Shown: positions 24,570 through 38,660 of the stretch, piece by piece
How the letters are laid out: each line of letters opens with the position of its first letter
How positions within the stretch are numbered: the stretch's first letter is position 1
NCBI RefSeq assembly: GCF_964204645.1
Contig: NC_134031.1
Location: 10,477,988 to 10,541,987 of the forward strand
DNA: 64,000 nt
Origin: Tubulanus polymorphus
Lineage: Eukaryota > Animalia > Nemertea
Direction of reading: 5' to 3'
Made by a program: the position numbers and the translations under genes
Notes under the pieces: generated by a model
Told to the model about the DNA's origin: nothing
Seen by the model: only the letters and a program-made list of their open reading frames with translations
Databases searched by the model: none

Positions 24570-27500
24570 AACACGTTCCCAAATGTTTTGATACTTTCTC
24601 AGTTTGTATCAAAAATATTGCCAATTTCTGGTCCTTGAGTCCTGAAAAATGATAAATTTACAGCGCAAAATCGTACAAACGTGTCAATTATACTTCTAAA
24701 CACTTTATTTGCGGACCAGTTTATGAATTGAGCGTGGGCCATAGAGCGCTATATCCGCCTGTGATCTCGACTTTCAATTTATTACGTAAGCTATTCGTGA
24801 ACAAAATGCGGCCGGCGCACAATAGAAACTTCGCTCTATGTATTCTTTCATAACCGCCGACAAAGAGGACCGATATTTCGCAAATTGGATTCGGGAGGTT
24901 TAAACCTCCCAAGGTCAAATCACTAAAATTGTGACCTTCGTGGAAATTATCTAAAAAGCCGATGGTAATCAAATTTAGCAGAACCTTTTACCCAAACGTT
25001 CAATGGTTTGAAAATCTTTCAATGGCATTCCTAAGTATTTGATGAAAGTTGAGAAATCATAAGATATTCATATAACCATGGACTCTAAAACCTAAATCAT
25101 ATAAGAGTCCCCGATATAAACAAAAAAACTTCGCATAACGAAGAAGCAAAAATTCGAATCTGATTCATCTGTTTGGAATTGATTCTTATGAAATAGAAAA
25201 CAAATGCGTGAGCACTACTCATTCATTCAATTTACTTTGCGGCTTTACAACGGCTATTTCACTGGTTCTGCGTGATGAGATAATTCTGATTAAAGTTATT
25301 GTTATAATTTCTATATGTATATACGTAATGATACTCTTTCTGAATAAAGGATGCACGTTATTCGAATCCCCACCATTGTTCTCTACAATGTACGTTAATC
25401 AAACTCACGATAAAACCAGAGCCAAAACCATGGACTCAAAAACGAAGAATCCGTGGTCAAACATACAATTCTAATTTCCCCGTTAGTTCACTGATGCCGT
25501 CAGTTTCTATCGAATGCAAGGATTCTAGCCAATCAGAGAGGCGCATGTACACATCCATTGGCATGTTAGTTATAGTACAACTTAGACAATAATCAAGGTT
25601 CGAGCCAATGTCAGTAACTAGAATATGTTCTTTCATCAAATACAAATAACTCAGCAGTAGTCAGTTAGTTGAGTTTGTTTGACTTGATTTGTATTTCATC
25701 AATCAATCTATTTCATTTTATTTCAAAGTACAAACTAAACGCTTGAATTGCTTATAACACGACCAGGTATGAATTAGAATAGATCGGCTTAATATTTCGA
25801 ATGCAAATTTGGCGTTTAAGCAATCGGAAATTCGAAGTGCTTGAGAAATTTTTCAATACGCCCATTACTTCGAATAGCGATAAGTTCATTGACACATGTG
25901 ACCATTGTTGTGTTACTTTCGATAGCGAGTCGAATAAGCTATGCGACAGCTAACGACAGCACAATCGCAATATCAACAGAAGTTCATTTTATCCTACATG
26001 ATGAGGCTAAATTCAGTGAAATCGATCGTGTTCTGAAATATATATTTTCCTGGATACATGTTGTCTATTGTAGCTATTCTATGCGGTTTTACATTAACCT
26101 GCTATAACATATTGACCGTTTTCAAGAACCCAAAAATTACAATTTTCTGGGTATCTGTTTTTTTTTTCAAAAACAACCCAAACCCGAAATTGTGTACAGT
26201 TAGTACGCAGCGTATATACTGTCGGATTAGAGAATATTGAAAAAACTTAGAAAAAGTTCAGTGAAGGAAAATAAGCTCAGCAGTGACAAATTGTCATTTC
26301 ATCCCCTGCACGTGATTAATTGATGTCCAAATATCTTCTACCGTGAAAACTCTGCATTTAGCGTCAAACGAATTTTTGTATACGTATCTCAGGATGCATG
26401 CTCTTCAAAAAGATAGCCTATTAGGAAAAAACTTACCCGGTAAAATCCTAATTTGTCCTAAACGATATTCCAACTATTATTTTGTTAATTATTCAACTAT
26501 CATCACTAACTGGGTAAGTTAGTTGAACTTACATAAAGATATTTCATTAGGGACACTTCAATTTCACACCATTCAATATCATAAGGGAACAAAATTCTTT
26601 GAAACTTGGTAGTTCTTAAGACTAGGTTTTGTTTCCGAAATTTACTAAATGTACCAATTCTAATAATTCACTCATTGAAGCTTCTATATATAAAAAGCGA
26701 AAGCTCGTGCGTCGGAATAAATAGTTAACCTTTAAACTACTACTCGTCTCTTCGTTTAAATTCAAATAATATAAGTCTTTATTGATTCTTTTTTGTTGAA
26801 ATATGCATAACTTTTTCTGGGCAAATTTCTATATTCTGTCAAGTCATGGACTCTAAAACGATTTAGACATTAAAACGTTTTAGAGTCCATGTTTGGCTAT
26901 AACGAATATGACTAACTCCCTGGGGCAACGATGTGGCTGATGAAATGATCTCTCCCATTGTAATCCCACCATTTAATTACTCATTGTATAACAACTCTCA
27001 CAATTAAGCCTCGGACTCTTAAACGAATTATGAGTGCATGCTTTAGTATAGGCTCTGATATACCGGGTAGAGCATATTGTCTTGATTTAGAACATGTATG
27101 CATAAACTCTAGGCTGCAAAGAAATACGTTTTCAGCGGCTCTAATCGAGTTAAATTTTTCGTGATAGATTAACACAGAAAGGCGACACCCAATCGCTGCT
27201 TATTGACATTAGGCACAAGTCACTGTTATGTTCATTAGTAAAACTAATATAGAATGAATAAGTGAGGAGGGAAAATGTATAAATTAAATTTATAAATGAA
27301 TTTATAAGAATTTAGCATGCATCGGAGTGCACTTAAATTGGATTATTACAAAATAACTCACTTCAAAATTTATGATATTGTTTCATTGATATTTATTACT
27401 TTAAAGCAATTCACTTTAAGAACTTTGGTCAACAATAAGTCTGACCTGCAAATCAAATCATCGGGAGACAAAATACTGTTTCAAAAAATTATATTGCTAA

Positions 27501-30500
27501 TACATTCCTAATCTTAACCTTTCGCCATAAACCTACTGGATTTAGAGCCTGGGGCATTTTAGATGGTTGTAGGTAGAAATCCCCTAGGTAAAATCCTCAC
27601 CTGACGATTTTTCAAGAACATTTGAAAGCACGATATTTATTCAAACATATTCCTCCACAATACAACTGCAATATATTTGAACTGTGCATTGAACTATTTT
27701 GTTGAAATAAATCTTTAAATAAATTCATAGAATAAATGAAATTAATGAACTTTTTATTCATACTACCTTTTCATATTTTTATTCATACTATCTTTTCATA
27801 TTTTTATTCATACTATCTTTTAATTCGAAATAAATAACTCTTTTTTACTTGTGGTATAGTATGCTTATGATATGGATTCGATTTACGTATCAATATGTTC
27901 ATGTTGACAGGGGCCTGATGATGGCTAATAGCATTAGCCGAAACATTGCTCGTAGAACATTTGATTTTTAGCTGAATTCATTGTGGGATTTGTCTCATTA
28001 TTCACCATACACGGATATTGTGTATTTTCTTCACATTTTCATGTTGGTTTTGAACAACTTAAATTTTGCGATTCTAATACCTTATTAACTTTAGATGACA
28101 GTAATACCTTCAATTTACATTTAACATATGATCACTGCTGAAAGTGTAATAAGGAATATATATTTACTCCAGTGACAATATTTTGATTCAAAGATTTAAT
28201 TCAATCATCTAGTCTGAGTCTTTATGGTAAAACTTCTGGCTAACCAAGAGCTAACCGAATTCCGACAATAGAAGGTGGTCGCTTGAAAATTAGTTAATTT
28301 ACGCAACAGGAATCTATCTTGATTTCAAGGGCACTTCAATTAATCGTTTCAATAGTGACCACTGTAAATAAGCCAGTAGTTTAAATGACCGAATTCAATC
28401 AACCGATTCGTATCCTAAGAATGAGAATTGTATCTAACCACAGTAGTTATTCCTCATCAAACGTTCGGTCATCATATTATACATCTATACATCATTACTA
28501 TCATCTTCAGTTAATAGAAGTGCAATAAAATCTAGAATCTATGAGTTGAGATTTTTTAAACATAATAAATTGTGTTGATTTTATGTTAGTTAAATCAAAT
28601 ATTGGGAATATTTTACCGGGGGATTTTCACTTTGGGGATAATAACCTAAATTATTTTATATCATCGGTTTTCATTAAGAAAAAAAAACAACTATTAATCT
28701 TAACTACACTTATTTTATTCCTTTTGGAACATTAAGATTCTTTCATTGAATTTAATATGTTATTTCGTACAATAGTTCATCACAGTGCGTCATTCACGCT
28801 TAAATGTACAAAACTTCTTTACAGAGTTCAAAATATAAACCAACAATCTCATCTCAAGCATGTACTAGCGCTGACGCTATGGGATAAAACCAAGTCTCGA
28901 TTCATTGCCTAAAATGTGGGTACATTCATTCAAATCAGGACTAAAATACGCTTATATGAATATCTTGCATGATATCATTTTACATTACGGGTGTCTCATA
29001 GGCCTGGTTTTACTTGTACATTGTCATCAATTAATTAAACATCCCAAGTAACTTCGTTATTTACTTATGGCTTAATCACTGGTATTCAATAGCTAGTCGG
29101 CTATAGAAAGACTAACCCGATAAAATTCCATTAACCGTTCGTCCACAGTCGAACACTCGCGGGTTAATTCGCAACGACTTTAAAGAAAGAAAATGATTGC
29201 ATGAAATCTAGTTTTCGTATCAATCGGCGTCCAATCTCTTAAACCATCCTAAACACAGTAGTTTAGTAGTTTGTGTCTATTTGCTTTTGCTGATGTCATT
29301 TAACATAACAATGGAAATGTATTCGTTTATTTGGAAATTATATGAAGATATGGAGTAATCATGTGACAAATCAAATTATTACTGCAAGGCAAAACATAGC
29401 GCACTTCAGATATATGATATGGCCTTAAAGACTTTTCATATATTAACAGTCCAGTTTAACGTCTATTGATATGAATAGTTCAGTTTTGATATGACTGTCG
29501 CAACAGTTGGAATAAAACGTATGAAATCTAGGAGCATTTATCTCATGAAATTTAGATTTGAGATAATTGTATTGTATTGTATGAGGATTAAACATTTCAA
29601 TGGCTGGTGATTATTTGTGATGAAATAATCAGTGAGATGGACTGTTGATGTAGCCCTGATTGAGGCACTCGGGTCAAATAATATTTTTAGATACAACAGT
29701 GCATTTGTTAAAGCAGAACACATGATTTTAAACTAAATATAAGTAGCTAAACCGTTAATTTTCATTCCTAACTTTTTCATCACTCCCGATTATCAAAAAT
29801 AATTCAACAGTTTGATTAACGGATAGTTGCAGTTAACAACATTTCTATCTGATAGAGAAGGTATACAGGTATACAGAGGAACAAGAAAAGAACATCCAAC
29901 TAGACACTGAAAAATCTTTATTCGGGTTTTTTACCAGGGGCCTTTACCTTGGGGTATATTTCACTAGGGGATTTTTACTGAAAGGGACATTTACGGGGCG
30001 AGTTTTTACCCGATCACATCGATTATTGAATGACATGTTCGATAAAATCATGACAAAAACTGGTATCACTGGTACAATTTGCTAATTTTTGCTATTCGGG
30101 TGGTTCTGTAGATTATTGACTATACCGTTGGTAACTGAATAGCTATTTGTATCACTGATCGGACTGTGATGTGAAAATATAGCTTTGACAAAACCACAAC
30201 GAGAAATGAATCAAATGCAATATTTGACTCGAAAACGAGCTTAACCATGGATTCAGTAACGTTTTTTTACAGTCCATGGCTGAAATGACGCTATTGAAAA
30301 AATCAATGAGAAATACTGCCTCCGATTTTTATAACGAAAATATAGGAATGAATTCCGAACAGAATCAAATCAGGTTGTTCTTATTGGTATTGTGTATACA
30401 TTTCATTTATTAGATATTTCAAGTAATTCGTGTAATTAGGAAAAACTCGATCCAATAATGGGTTTTTCTTTCAGTTTTAAGTAATTTACAACTTACCAAA

Positions 30501-30967
30501 TATGGACTTCATGGTTTGACATTAAAACCAGTGAGCATTATGGTATCAAGTTCAACCAAAATTGATTACGATCGGCCTTTCGTAGAATCTCCCTGAAGGT
30601 CACAATTTTAGTAAATTGACCTTGGGAGGTTTAAACCTCCCGAATCCAATTAGCAAAATATCGGTCCTCTATGTCGGCGACAATAAAAGTACCCTGCGCG
30701 TAACTTTCTATTGTGCGCCTGCCGCGTTTTGGGCACGAGTAGCTTACGTAATCTTAATTGAAAGTTGAGATCACAGGCAGATATTGAGGTCTATGGCCCA
30801 CACAAAACATCATAAATTGGTCAGGAAATAAAGTGTTTTGTGGTATAGATGACACGTTTGTACGATTTTACACTGTAAATTTATCATTTTTCAGGACTTT
30901 CAGGACCTAAAATCAGCAATATTTTTGATACAAACTGAGAAAGTATCAAAACATTTGAGAACGCGTT
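24570..30967. mobile_element. 6398-bp long-TIR element, copy 2 (duplicate of copy 1)
   Basis: Same length and same ATTG TSD (24566-24569, 30968-30971), with identical flanking monomer variants. All internal ORF translations are identical at offset 15,980. The one difference I noticed is T8650 vs G24630. Confidence 0.93.
27895..27960 (+). ncRNA. Hammerhead-ribozyme-like motif, copy 2
   Basis: Identical to 11915-11980. Confidence 0.6.
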
Positions 30968-33900
30968 ATTGTCGTTTTTCCCATAGGGGGAATATTTGAT
31001 ACGAAAACGTCTTTTCTCGCGCTTAACGACGTTTTCGGGTCGAAAAGTGGTTTTCCTGACGATTTGAGCGCTTTTACGCATCGACATTGTCGTTTTTTTT
31101 CCCATAGGGGGAATATTTGATACGAAAACGTCTTTTCTCGCGCTAAACGACGTTTTCGGGTCGAAAAGTGCTTTTCCTGACGATTTGAGCGCTTTTACGC
31201 ATCGACATTGTCGTTTTTCCCATAGGGGGAATATTTGATACGAAAACGTCTTTTCTCGCGCTGAACGACGTTTTCGGGTCGAAAAGTGGTTTGCCTGACG
31301 ATTTGAGCGCTTTTACGCATCGCCATTGTCGTTTTTCCCATAGGGGGAATATTTAATACGAAAACGTCTTTTCTCGCGCTGAACGACGTTTTCGGGTCGA
31401 AAAGTGCTTTTCCTGACGATTTGAGCGCTTTTACGCATCGACATTGTCGTTTTTCCCATAGGGGGAATATTTGATACGAAATCGTCTTTTCTCGCGCCGA
31501 ACGACGTTTTCGCGTCGAAAAGTGGTCTTCCTGACGATTTGAGCGCTTTTACGCATCGACATTGTCGTTTTTTCCCATAGGGGGAATATTTGATACGAAA
31601 ACGTCTTTTCTCGCGCTGAACGACGTTTTCGCGTCGAAAAGTGCTTTTCCTGACGATTTGAGCGCTTTTACGCATCGACATTGTCGTTTTTCCCATAGGG
31701 GGAATATTTGATACGAAAACGTCTTTTCTCGCGCTGAACGACGTTTTCGGGTCGAAAAGTGCTTTTCCTGACGATTTGAGCCCTTTTACGCATCGACATT
31801 GTCGTTTTTCCCATAGGGGGAATATTTCATACGAAAACGTCTTTTCTCGCGCTGAACGACGTTTTCGGGTCGAAAAGTGGTTTTCCTGACGATTTGAGCG
31901 CTTTTACGCATCGACATTGTCGTTTTTCCCATAGGGGGAATATTTGATACGAAAACGTCTTTTGTCGCGCTGAACGACGTTTTCCCGTCGAAAAGTGCTT
32001 GTCCTGACGATTTGAGCGCTTTTACGCATCGACATTGTCGTTTTTCCCATAGGGGGAATATTTGATACGAAAACGTCTTTTCTCGCGCTGAACGACGTTT
32101 TCGCGTCGAAAAGTGCTTTCCCTGACGATTTGAGCGCTTTTACGCATCGACATTGCCGTTTTTCCGATAGGGGGAATATTTGAAACGAAAACGTCTTTTC
32201 TCGCGCTGAACGACGTTTTCGGGTCGAAAAGTGCTTTTCCTGACGATTTGAGCGCTTTTACGCATCGACATTGTCGTTTTTCCCATAGGGGGAATATTTG
32301 ATACGAAAACGTCTTTTCTCGCGCTGAACGACGTTTTCGCGTCGAAAAGTGCTTTTCCTGACGATTTGAGCGCTTTTACGCATCGACATTGTCGTTTTTC
32401 CCATAGGGGGAATATTTGAAGCGAAAACGTCTTTTCTCGCGCTGAACGACGTTTTCGGGTCGAAAAGTGCTTTTCTTGACGATTCGAGCGCTTTTACGCA
32501 TCGACATTGTCGTTTTTCCCATAGGGGGAATATTTGATACGAAAACGTCTTTTCTCGCGCTGAACGACGTTTTCGGGTCGAAAAGTGGTTTTCCTGACGA
32601 TTTGAGCGCTTTTACGCATCGACATTGTCGTTTTTCCCATAGGGGGAATATTTGATACGAAAACGTCTTTTGTCGCGCTGAACGACGTTTTCCCGTCGAA
32701 AAGTGCTTGTCCTGACGATTTGAGCGCTTTTACGCATCGACATTGTCGTTTTTCCCATAGGGGGAATATTTGATACGAAAACGTCTTTTCTCGCGCTGAA
32801 CGACGTTTTCGCGTCGAAAAGTGCTTTCCCTGACGATTTGAGCGCTTTTACGCATCGACATTGCCGTTTTTCCGATAGGGGGAATATTTGAAACGAAAAC
32901 GTCTTTTCTCGCGCTGAACGACGTTTTCGGGTCGAAAAGTGCTTTTCCTGACGATTTGAGCGCTTTTACGCATCGACATTGTCGTTTTTCCCATAGGGGG
33001 AATATTTGATACGAAAACGTCTTTTCTCGCGCTGAACGACGTTTTCGCGTCGAAAAGTGCTTTTCCTGACGATTTGAGCGCTTTTACGCATCGACATTGT
33101 CGTTTTTCCCATAGGGGGAATATTTGAAGCGAAAACGTCTTTTCTCGCGCTGAACGACGTTTTCGGGTCGAAAAGTGCTTTTCTTGACGATTCGAGCGCT
33201 TTTACGCATCGACATTGTCGTTTTTCCCATAGGGGGAATATTTGATACGAAAACGTCTTTTCTCGCGCTGAACGACGTTTTCGGGTCGAAAAGTGGTTTA
33301 CCTGACGATTTGAGCGCTTTTACGCATCGCCATTGTCGTTTTTCCCATAGGGGGAATATTTGATACGAAAACGTCTTTTCTCGCGCTAAACGACGTTTTC
33401 GGGTCGAAAAGTGCTTTTCCTGACGATTTGAGCGCTTTTACGCATCGACATTGTCCTTTTTCCCATAGGGGGAATATTTGATACGAAAACGTCTTTTCTC
33501 GCGCTGAACGACGTTTTCGGGTCGAAAAGTGGTTTTCCTGACGATTTGAGCGCTTTTACGCATCGCCATTGTCGTTTTTCCCATAGGGGGAATATTTGAT
33601 ACGAAAACGTCTTTTCTCGCGCTGAACGACGTTTTCGGGTCGAAAAGTGCTTTTCCTGACGATTTGAGCGCTTTTACGCATCGACTTTGTCGTTTTTCCC
33701 ATAGGGGGAATATTTGATACGAAATCGTCTTTTCTCGCGCCGAACGATGTTTTCGCGTCGAAAAGTGGTCTTCCTGACGATTTGAGCGCTTTTACGCATC
33801 GACATTGTCGTTTTTTCCCATAGGGGGAATGTTTGATACGAAAACGTCTTTTCTCGCGCTGAACGACGTTTTCGCGTCGAAAAGTGGTTTTCCTGACGAT

Positions 33901-36900
33901 TTGAGCGCTTTTACGCATCGACATTGTCGTTTTTCCCATAGGGGGAATATTTGATACGGAAACGTCTTTTCTCGCGCTGAACGACGTTTTCGGGTCGAAA
34001 AGTGCTTTTCCTGACGATTTGAGCCCTTTTACGCATCGACATTGTCGTTTTTCCCATAGGGGGAATATTTGATACGAAAACGTCTTTTCTCGCACTGAAA
34101 GACGTTTTCGCGTCGAAAAGTGCTTTTCCTGACGATTTGAGCGCTTTTACGCATCGACATTGTCGTTTTTCCCATAGGGGGAATATTTGAAGCGAAAACG
34201 TCTTTTCTCGCGCTGAACGACGTTTTCGGGTCGAAAAGTGCTTTTCTTGACGATTTGAGCGCTTTTACGCATCGACATTGTCGTTTTTCCCATAGGGGGA
34301 ATATTTGATACGAAAACGACTTTTCTCGCGCTGAACGACGTTTTCGGGTCGAAAAGTGCTTTTCCTGACGATTTGAGCGCTTTTACGCATCGACATTGTC
34401 GTTTTTCCCATAGGGGGAATATTTGATACGAAAACGTCTTTTCTCGCGCTGAACGACGTTTTCGGGTCGAAAAGTGGTTTTTTTCCCGACGATTTGAGCG
34501 CTTTTACGCATCGACATTGTCGTTTTTCCCATAGGGGGAATATTTGATACGAAAACGTCTTTTCTCGCGCTGAACGACGTTTTCGCGTCGAAAAGTGCTT
34601 TTCCTGACGATTTGAGCGCTTTTACGCATCGACATTGTCGTTTTTCCGATAGGCGGAATATTTGAAACGAAAACGTCTTTTCTCGCGCTGAACGACGTTT
34701 TCGGGTCGAAAAGTGCTTTTCCTGACGATTTGAGCGCTTTTACGCATCGACATTGTCATTTTTCCGACGGGGGGGGGGGGAATTTGATAAGAAAACGTCT
34801 TTTCTCGCGGTGAACGACGTTTTCGGGTCGATAAGTGCTTTTCCTGACGATTTGAGCGCTTTTACGCATCGACATTGTCGTTTTTCCCATAGGGGGAATA
34901 TTTGATACGAAAACGTCTTTTCTCGCGCTGAACGACGTTTTCGGGTCGAAAAGTGGTTTTCCTGACGATTTGAGGGCTTTTACGCATCGACATTGTCGTT
35001 TTTCCCATAGGGGGAATATCTGATACGAAAACGTCTTTTCTCGCGCTGAACGACGTTTTCGCGTCGAAAAGTGCTTTTCCTGACGATTTGAGCGCTTCAA
35101 CTCATCGACATTGTCGTTTTTCCCATAGGGGGAATATTTGATACGAAAACGTCTTTTCTCGCGCTGAACGACGTTTTCGCGTCGAAAAGTGCTTTTCCTG
35201 ACGATTTGAGCGCTTTTACGCATCGACATTGCCGTTTTTCCGATAGGGGGAATATTTGAAGCGAAAACGTCTTTTCTCGCGCTGAACGACGTTTTCGGGT
35301 CGAAAAGTGCTTTTCTTGACGATTTGAGCGCTTTTACGCATCGACATTGTCATTTTTCCGACGGGGGGGGGGGGGAATTTGATAAGAAAACGTCTTTTCT
35401 CAAGGTGAACGACGTTTTCGGGTCGATAAGTGCTTTTCCTGACGATTTGAGCGCTTTTACGCATCGACATTGTCGTTTTTCCCATAGGGGGAATATTTGA
35501 TACGAAAACGTCTTTTCTCGCGCTGAACGACGTTTTCGGGTCGAAAAGTGGTTTTCCTGACGATTTGAGGGCTTTTACGCATCGACATTGTCGTTTTTCC
35601 CATAGGGGGAATATCTGATACGAAAACGTCTTTTCTCGCGCTGAACGACGTTTTCGCGTCGAAAAGTGCTTTTCCTGACGATTTGAGCGCTTCAACTCAT
35701 CGACATTGTCGTTTTTCCCATAGGGGGAATATTTGATACGAAAACGTCTTTTCTCGCGCTGAACGACGTTTTCGCGTCGAAAAGTGCTTTTCCTGACGAT
35801 TTGAGCGCTTTTACGCATCGACATTGCCGTTTTTCCGATAGGGGGAATATTTGAAACGAAAACGTCTTTTCTCGCGCTGAACGACGTTTTCGGGTCGAAA
35901 AGTGCTTTTCCTGACGATTTGAGCGCTTTTACGCATCGACATTGTTGTTTTTCCCATAGGGGGAATATTTGATACGAAAACGTTTTTTTCTCGCGCTGAA
36001 CGACGTTTTCGGGTCGAAAAGTGCTTTTCCTGACGATTTGAGCGCTTTTACGCATCGACATTGTCGTTTTTCCCATAGGGGGAATATTTGATACGAAAAC
36101 GTCTTTTCTCGCGCTGAACGACGTTTTCGGGTCGAAAAGTGGTTTACCTGACGATTTGAGCGCTTTTACGCATCGCCATTGTCGTTTTTCCCATAGGGGG
36201 AATATTTGATACGAAAACGTCTTTTCTCGCGCTAAACGACGTTTTCGGGTCGAAAAGTGCTTTTCCTGACGATTTGAGCGCTTTTACGCATCGACATTGT
36301 CGTTTTTCCCATAGGGGGAATATTTGATACGAAAACGTCTTTTCTCGCGCTGAACGACGTTTTCGGGTCGAAAAGTGGTTTTCCTGACGATTTGAGCCCT
36401 TTTACGCATCGCCATTGTCGTTTTTCCCATAGGGGGAATATTTGATACGAAAACGTCTTTTCTCGCGCTGAACGACGTTTTCGCGTCGAAAAGTGCTTTT
36501 CCTGACGATTTGAGCGCTTTTACGCATCGACATTGTCGTTTTTCCCATAGGGGGAATATTTGATACGAAATCGTCTTTTCTCGCGCCGAACGATGTTTTC
36601 GCGTCGAAAAGTGGTCTTCCTGACGATTTGAGCGCTTTTACGCATCGACATTGTCGTTTTTTCCCATAGGGGGAATATTTGATACGAAAACGTCTTTTCT
36701 CGCGCTGAACGACGTTTTCGGGTGGAAAAGTGGTTTTCCTGACGATTTGAGCCCTTTTACGCATCGCCATTGTCGTTTTTCCCATAGGGGGAATATTTGA
36801 TACGAAAACGTCTTTTCTCGCGCTGAACGACGTTTTCGGGTCGAAAAGTGCTTTTCCTGACGATTTGAGCGCTTTTACGCATCGACATTGTCGTTTTTCC

Positions 36901-38660
36901 CATAGGGGGAATATTTGATACGAAATCGTCTTTTCTCGCGCCGAACGATGTTTTCGCGTCGAAAAGTGGTCTTCCTGACGATTTGAGCGCTTTTACGCAT
37001 CGACATTGTCGTTTTTTCCCATAGGGGGAATATTTGATACGAAAACGTCTTTTCTCGCGCTGAACGACGTTTTCGCGTCGAAAAGTGGTTTTCCTGACGA
37101 TTTGAGCGCTTTTACGCATCGACATTGTCGTTTTTCCCATAGGGGGAATATTTGATACGGAAACGTCTTTTCTCGCGCTGAACGACGTTTTCGGGTCGAA
37201 AAGTGCTTTTCCTGACGATTTGAGCCCTTTTACGCATCGACATTGTCGTTTTTCCCATAGGGGGAATATTTGATACGAAAACGTCTTTTCTCGCGCTGAA
37301 CGACGTTTTCGGGTCGAAAAGTGGTTTTCCTGACGATTTGAGCGCTTTTACGCATCGACATTGTCGTTTTTCCCATAGGGGGAATATTTGATACGAAAAC
37401 GTCTTTTGTCGCGCTGAACGACGTTTTCCCGTCGAAAAAAGCTTGTCCTGACGATTTGAGCGCTTTTACGCATCGACATTGTCGTTTTTCCCATGGGGGG
37501 AATATTTGATACGAAAACGTCTTTTCTCGCGCTGAACGACGTTTTCGCGTCGAAAAGTGCTTTCCCTGACGATTTGAGCGCTTTTACGCATCGACATTGC
37601 CGTTTTTCCGATAGGGGGAATATTTGAAACGAAAACGTCTTTTCTCGCGCTGAACGACGTTTTCGGGTCGAAAAGTGCTTTTCCTGACGATTTGAGCGCT
37701 TTTACGCATCGACATTGTCGTTTTTCCCATAGGGGGAATATTTGATACGAAAACGTCTTTTCTCGCACTGAACGACGTTTTCGCGTCGAAAAGTGCTTTT
37801 CCTGACGATTTGAGCGCTTTTACGCATCGACATTGTCGTTTTTCCCATAGGGGGAATATTTGATACGAAAACGTCTTTTCTCGCGCTGAACGACGTTTTC
37901 GGGTCGAAAAGTGCTTTTCTTGACGATTTGAGCGCTTTTACGCATCGACATTGTCGTTTTTCCCATAGGGGGAATATTTGATACGAAAACGACTTTTCTC
38001 GCGCTGAACGACGTTTTCGGGTCGAAAAGTGGTTTTCCTGACGATTTGAGCGCTTTTACGCATCGACATTGTCGTTTTTCCCATAGGGGGAATATTTGAT
38101 ACGAAAGCGTCCTTTCTCGCGCTGAACGATGTTTTCGGGTCGAAAAGTGCTTTTCCTGACGATTTGAGCGCTTTTACGCATCGACATTGTCGTTTTTCCC
38201 ATAGGGGGAATATTTGATACGAAAACGTCTTTTCTCGCGCTGAACGACGTTTTCGGGTCGAAAAGTGGTTTTTTTCCCGACGATTTGAGCGCTTTTACGC
38301 ATCGACATTGTCGTTTTTCCCATAGGGGGAATATTTGATACGAAAACGTCTTTTCTCGCGCTGAACGACGTTTTCGCGTCGAAAAGTGCTTTTCCTGACG
38401 ATTTGAGCGCTTTTACGCATCGACATTGTCGTTTTTCCGATAGGCGGAATATTTGAAACGAAAACGTCTTTTCTCGCGCTGAACGACGTTTTCGGGTCGA
38501 AAAGTGCTTTTCCTGATGATTTGAGCGCTTTTACGCATCGACATTTTCGTTTTTCCCATAGGGGGAATATTTGATACGAAAACGTCTTTTCTCGCGCTGA
38601 ACGACGTTTTCGCGTCGAAAAGTTCTTTTCCTGACGATTTGAACGCTTTTACGCATCGAC

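Larger units (their letters stand above)
3000..34850. repeat. Tandem segmental duplication (~3.0-18.3 kb and ~18.3-34.85 kb) covering satellite plus element
   Basis: The order of rare monomer variants repeats at offset 15,979-15,980. At the junction near 18265-18292, the sequence matching 34830 switches to the variant series seen at ~3020. Boundaries are approximate. Confidence 0.85.

Noticed and set aside
24570-30967. Second independent, site-specific insertion
   Set aside because: Kilobases of flanking monomer variants are shared with copy 1, which indicates duplication of a single insertion.
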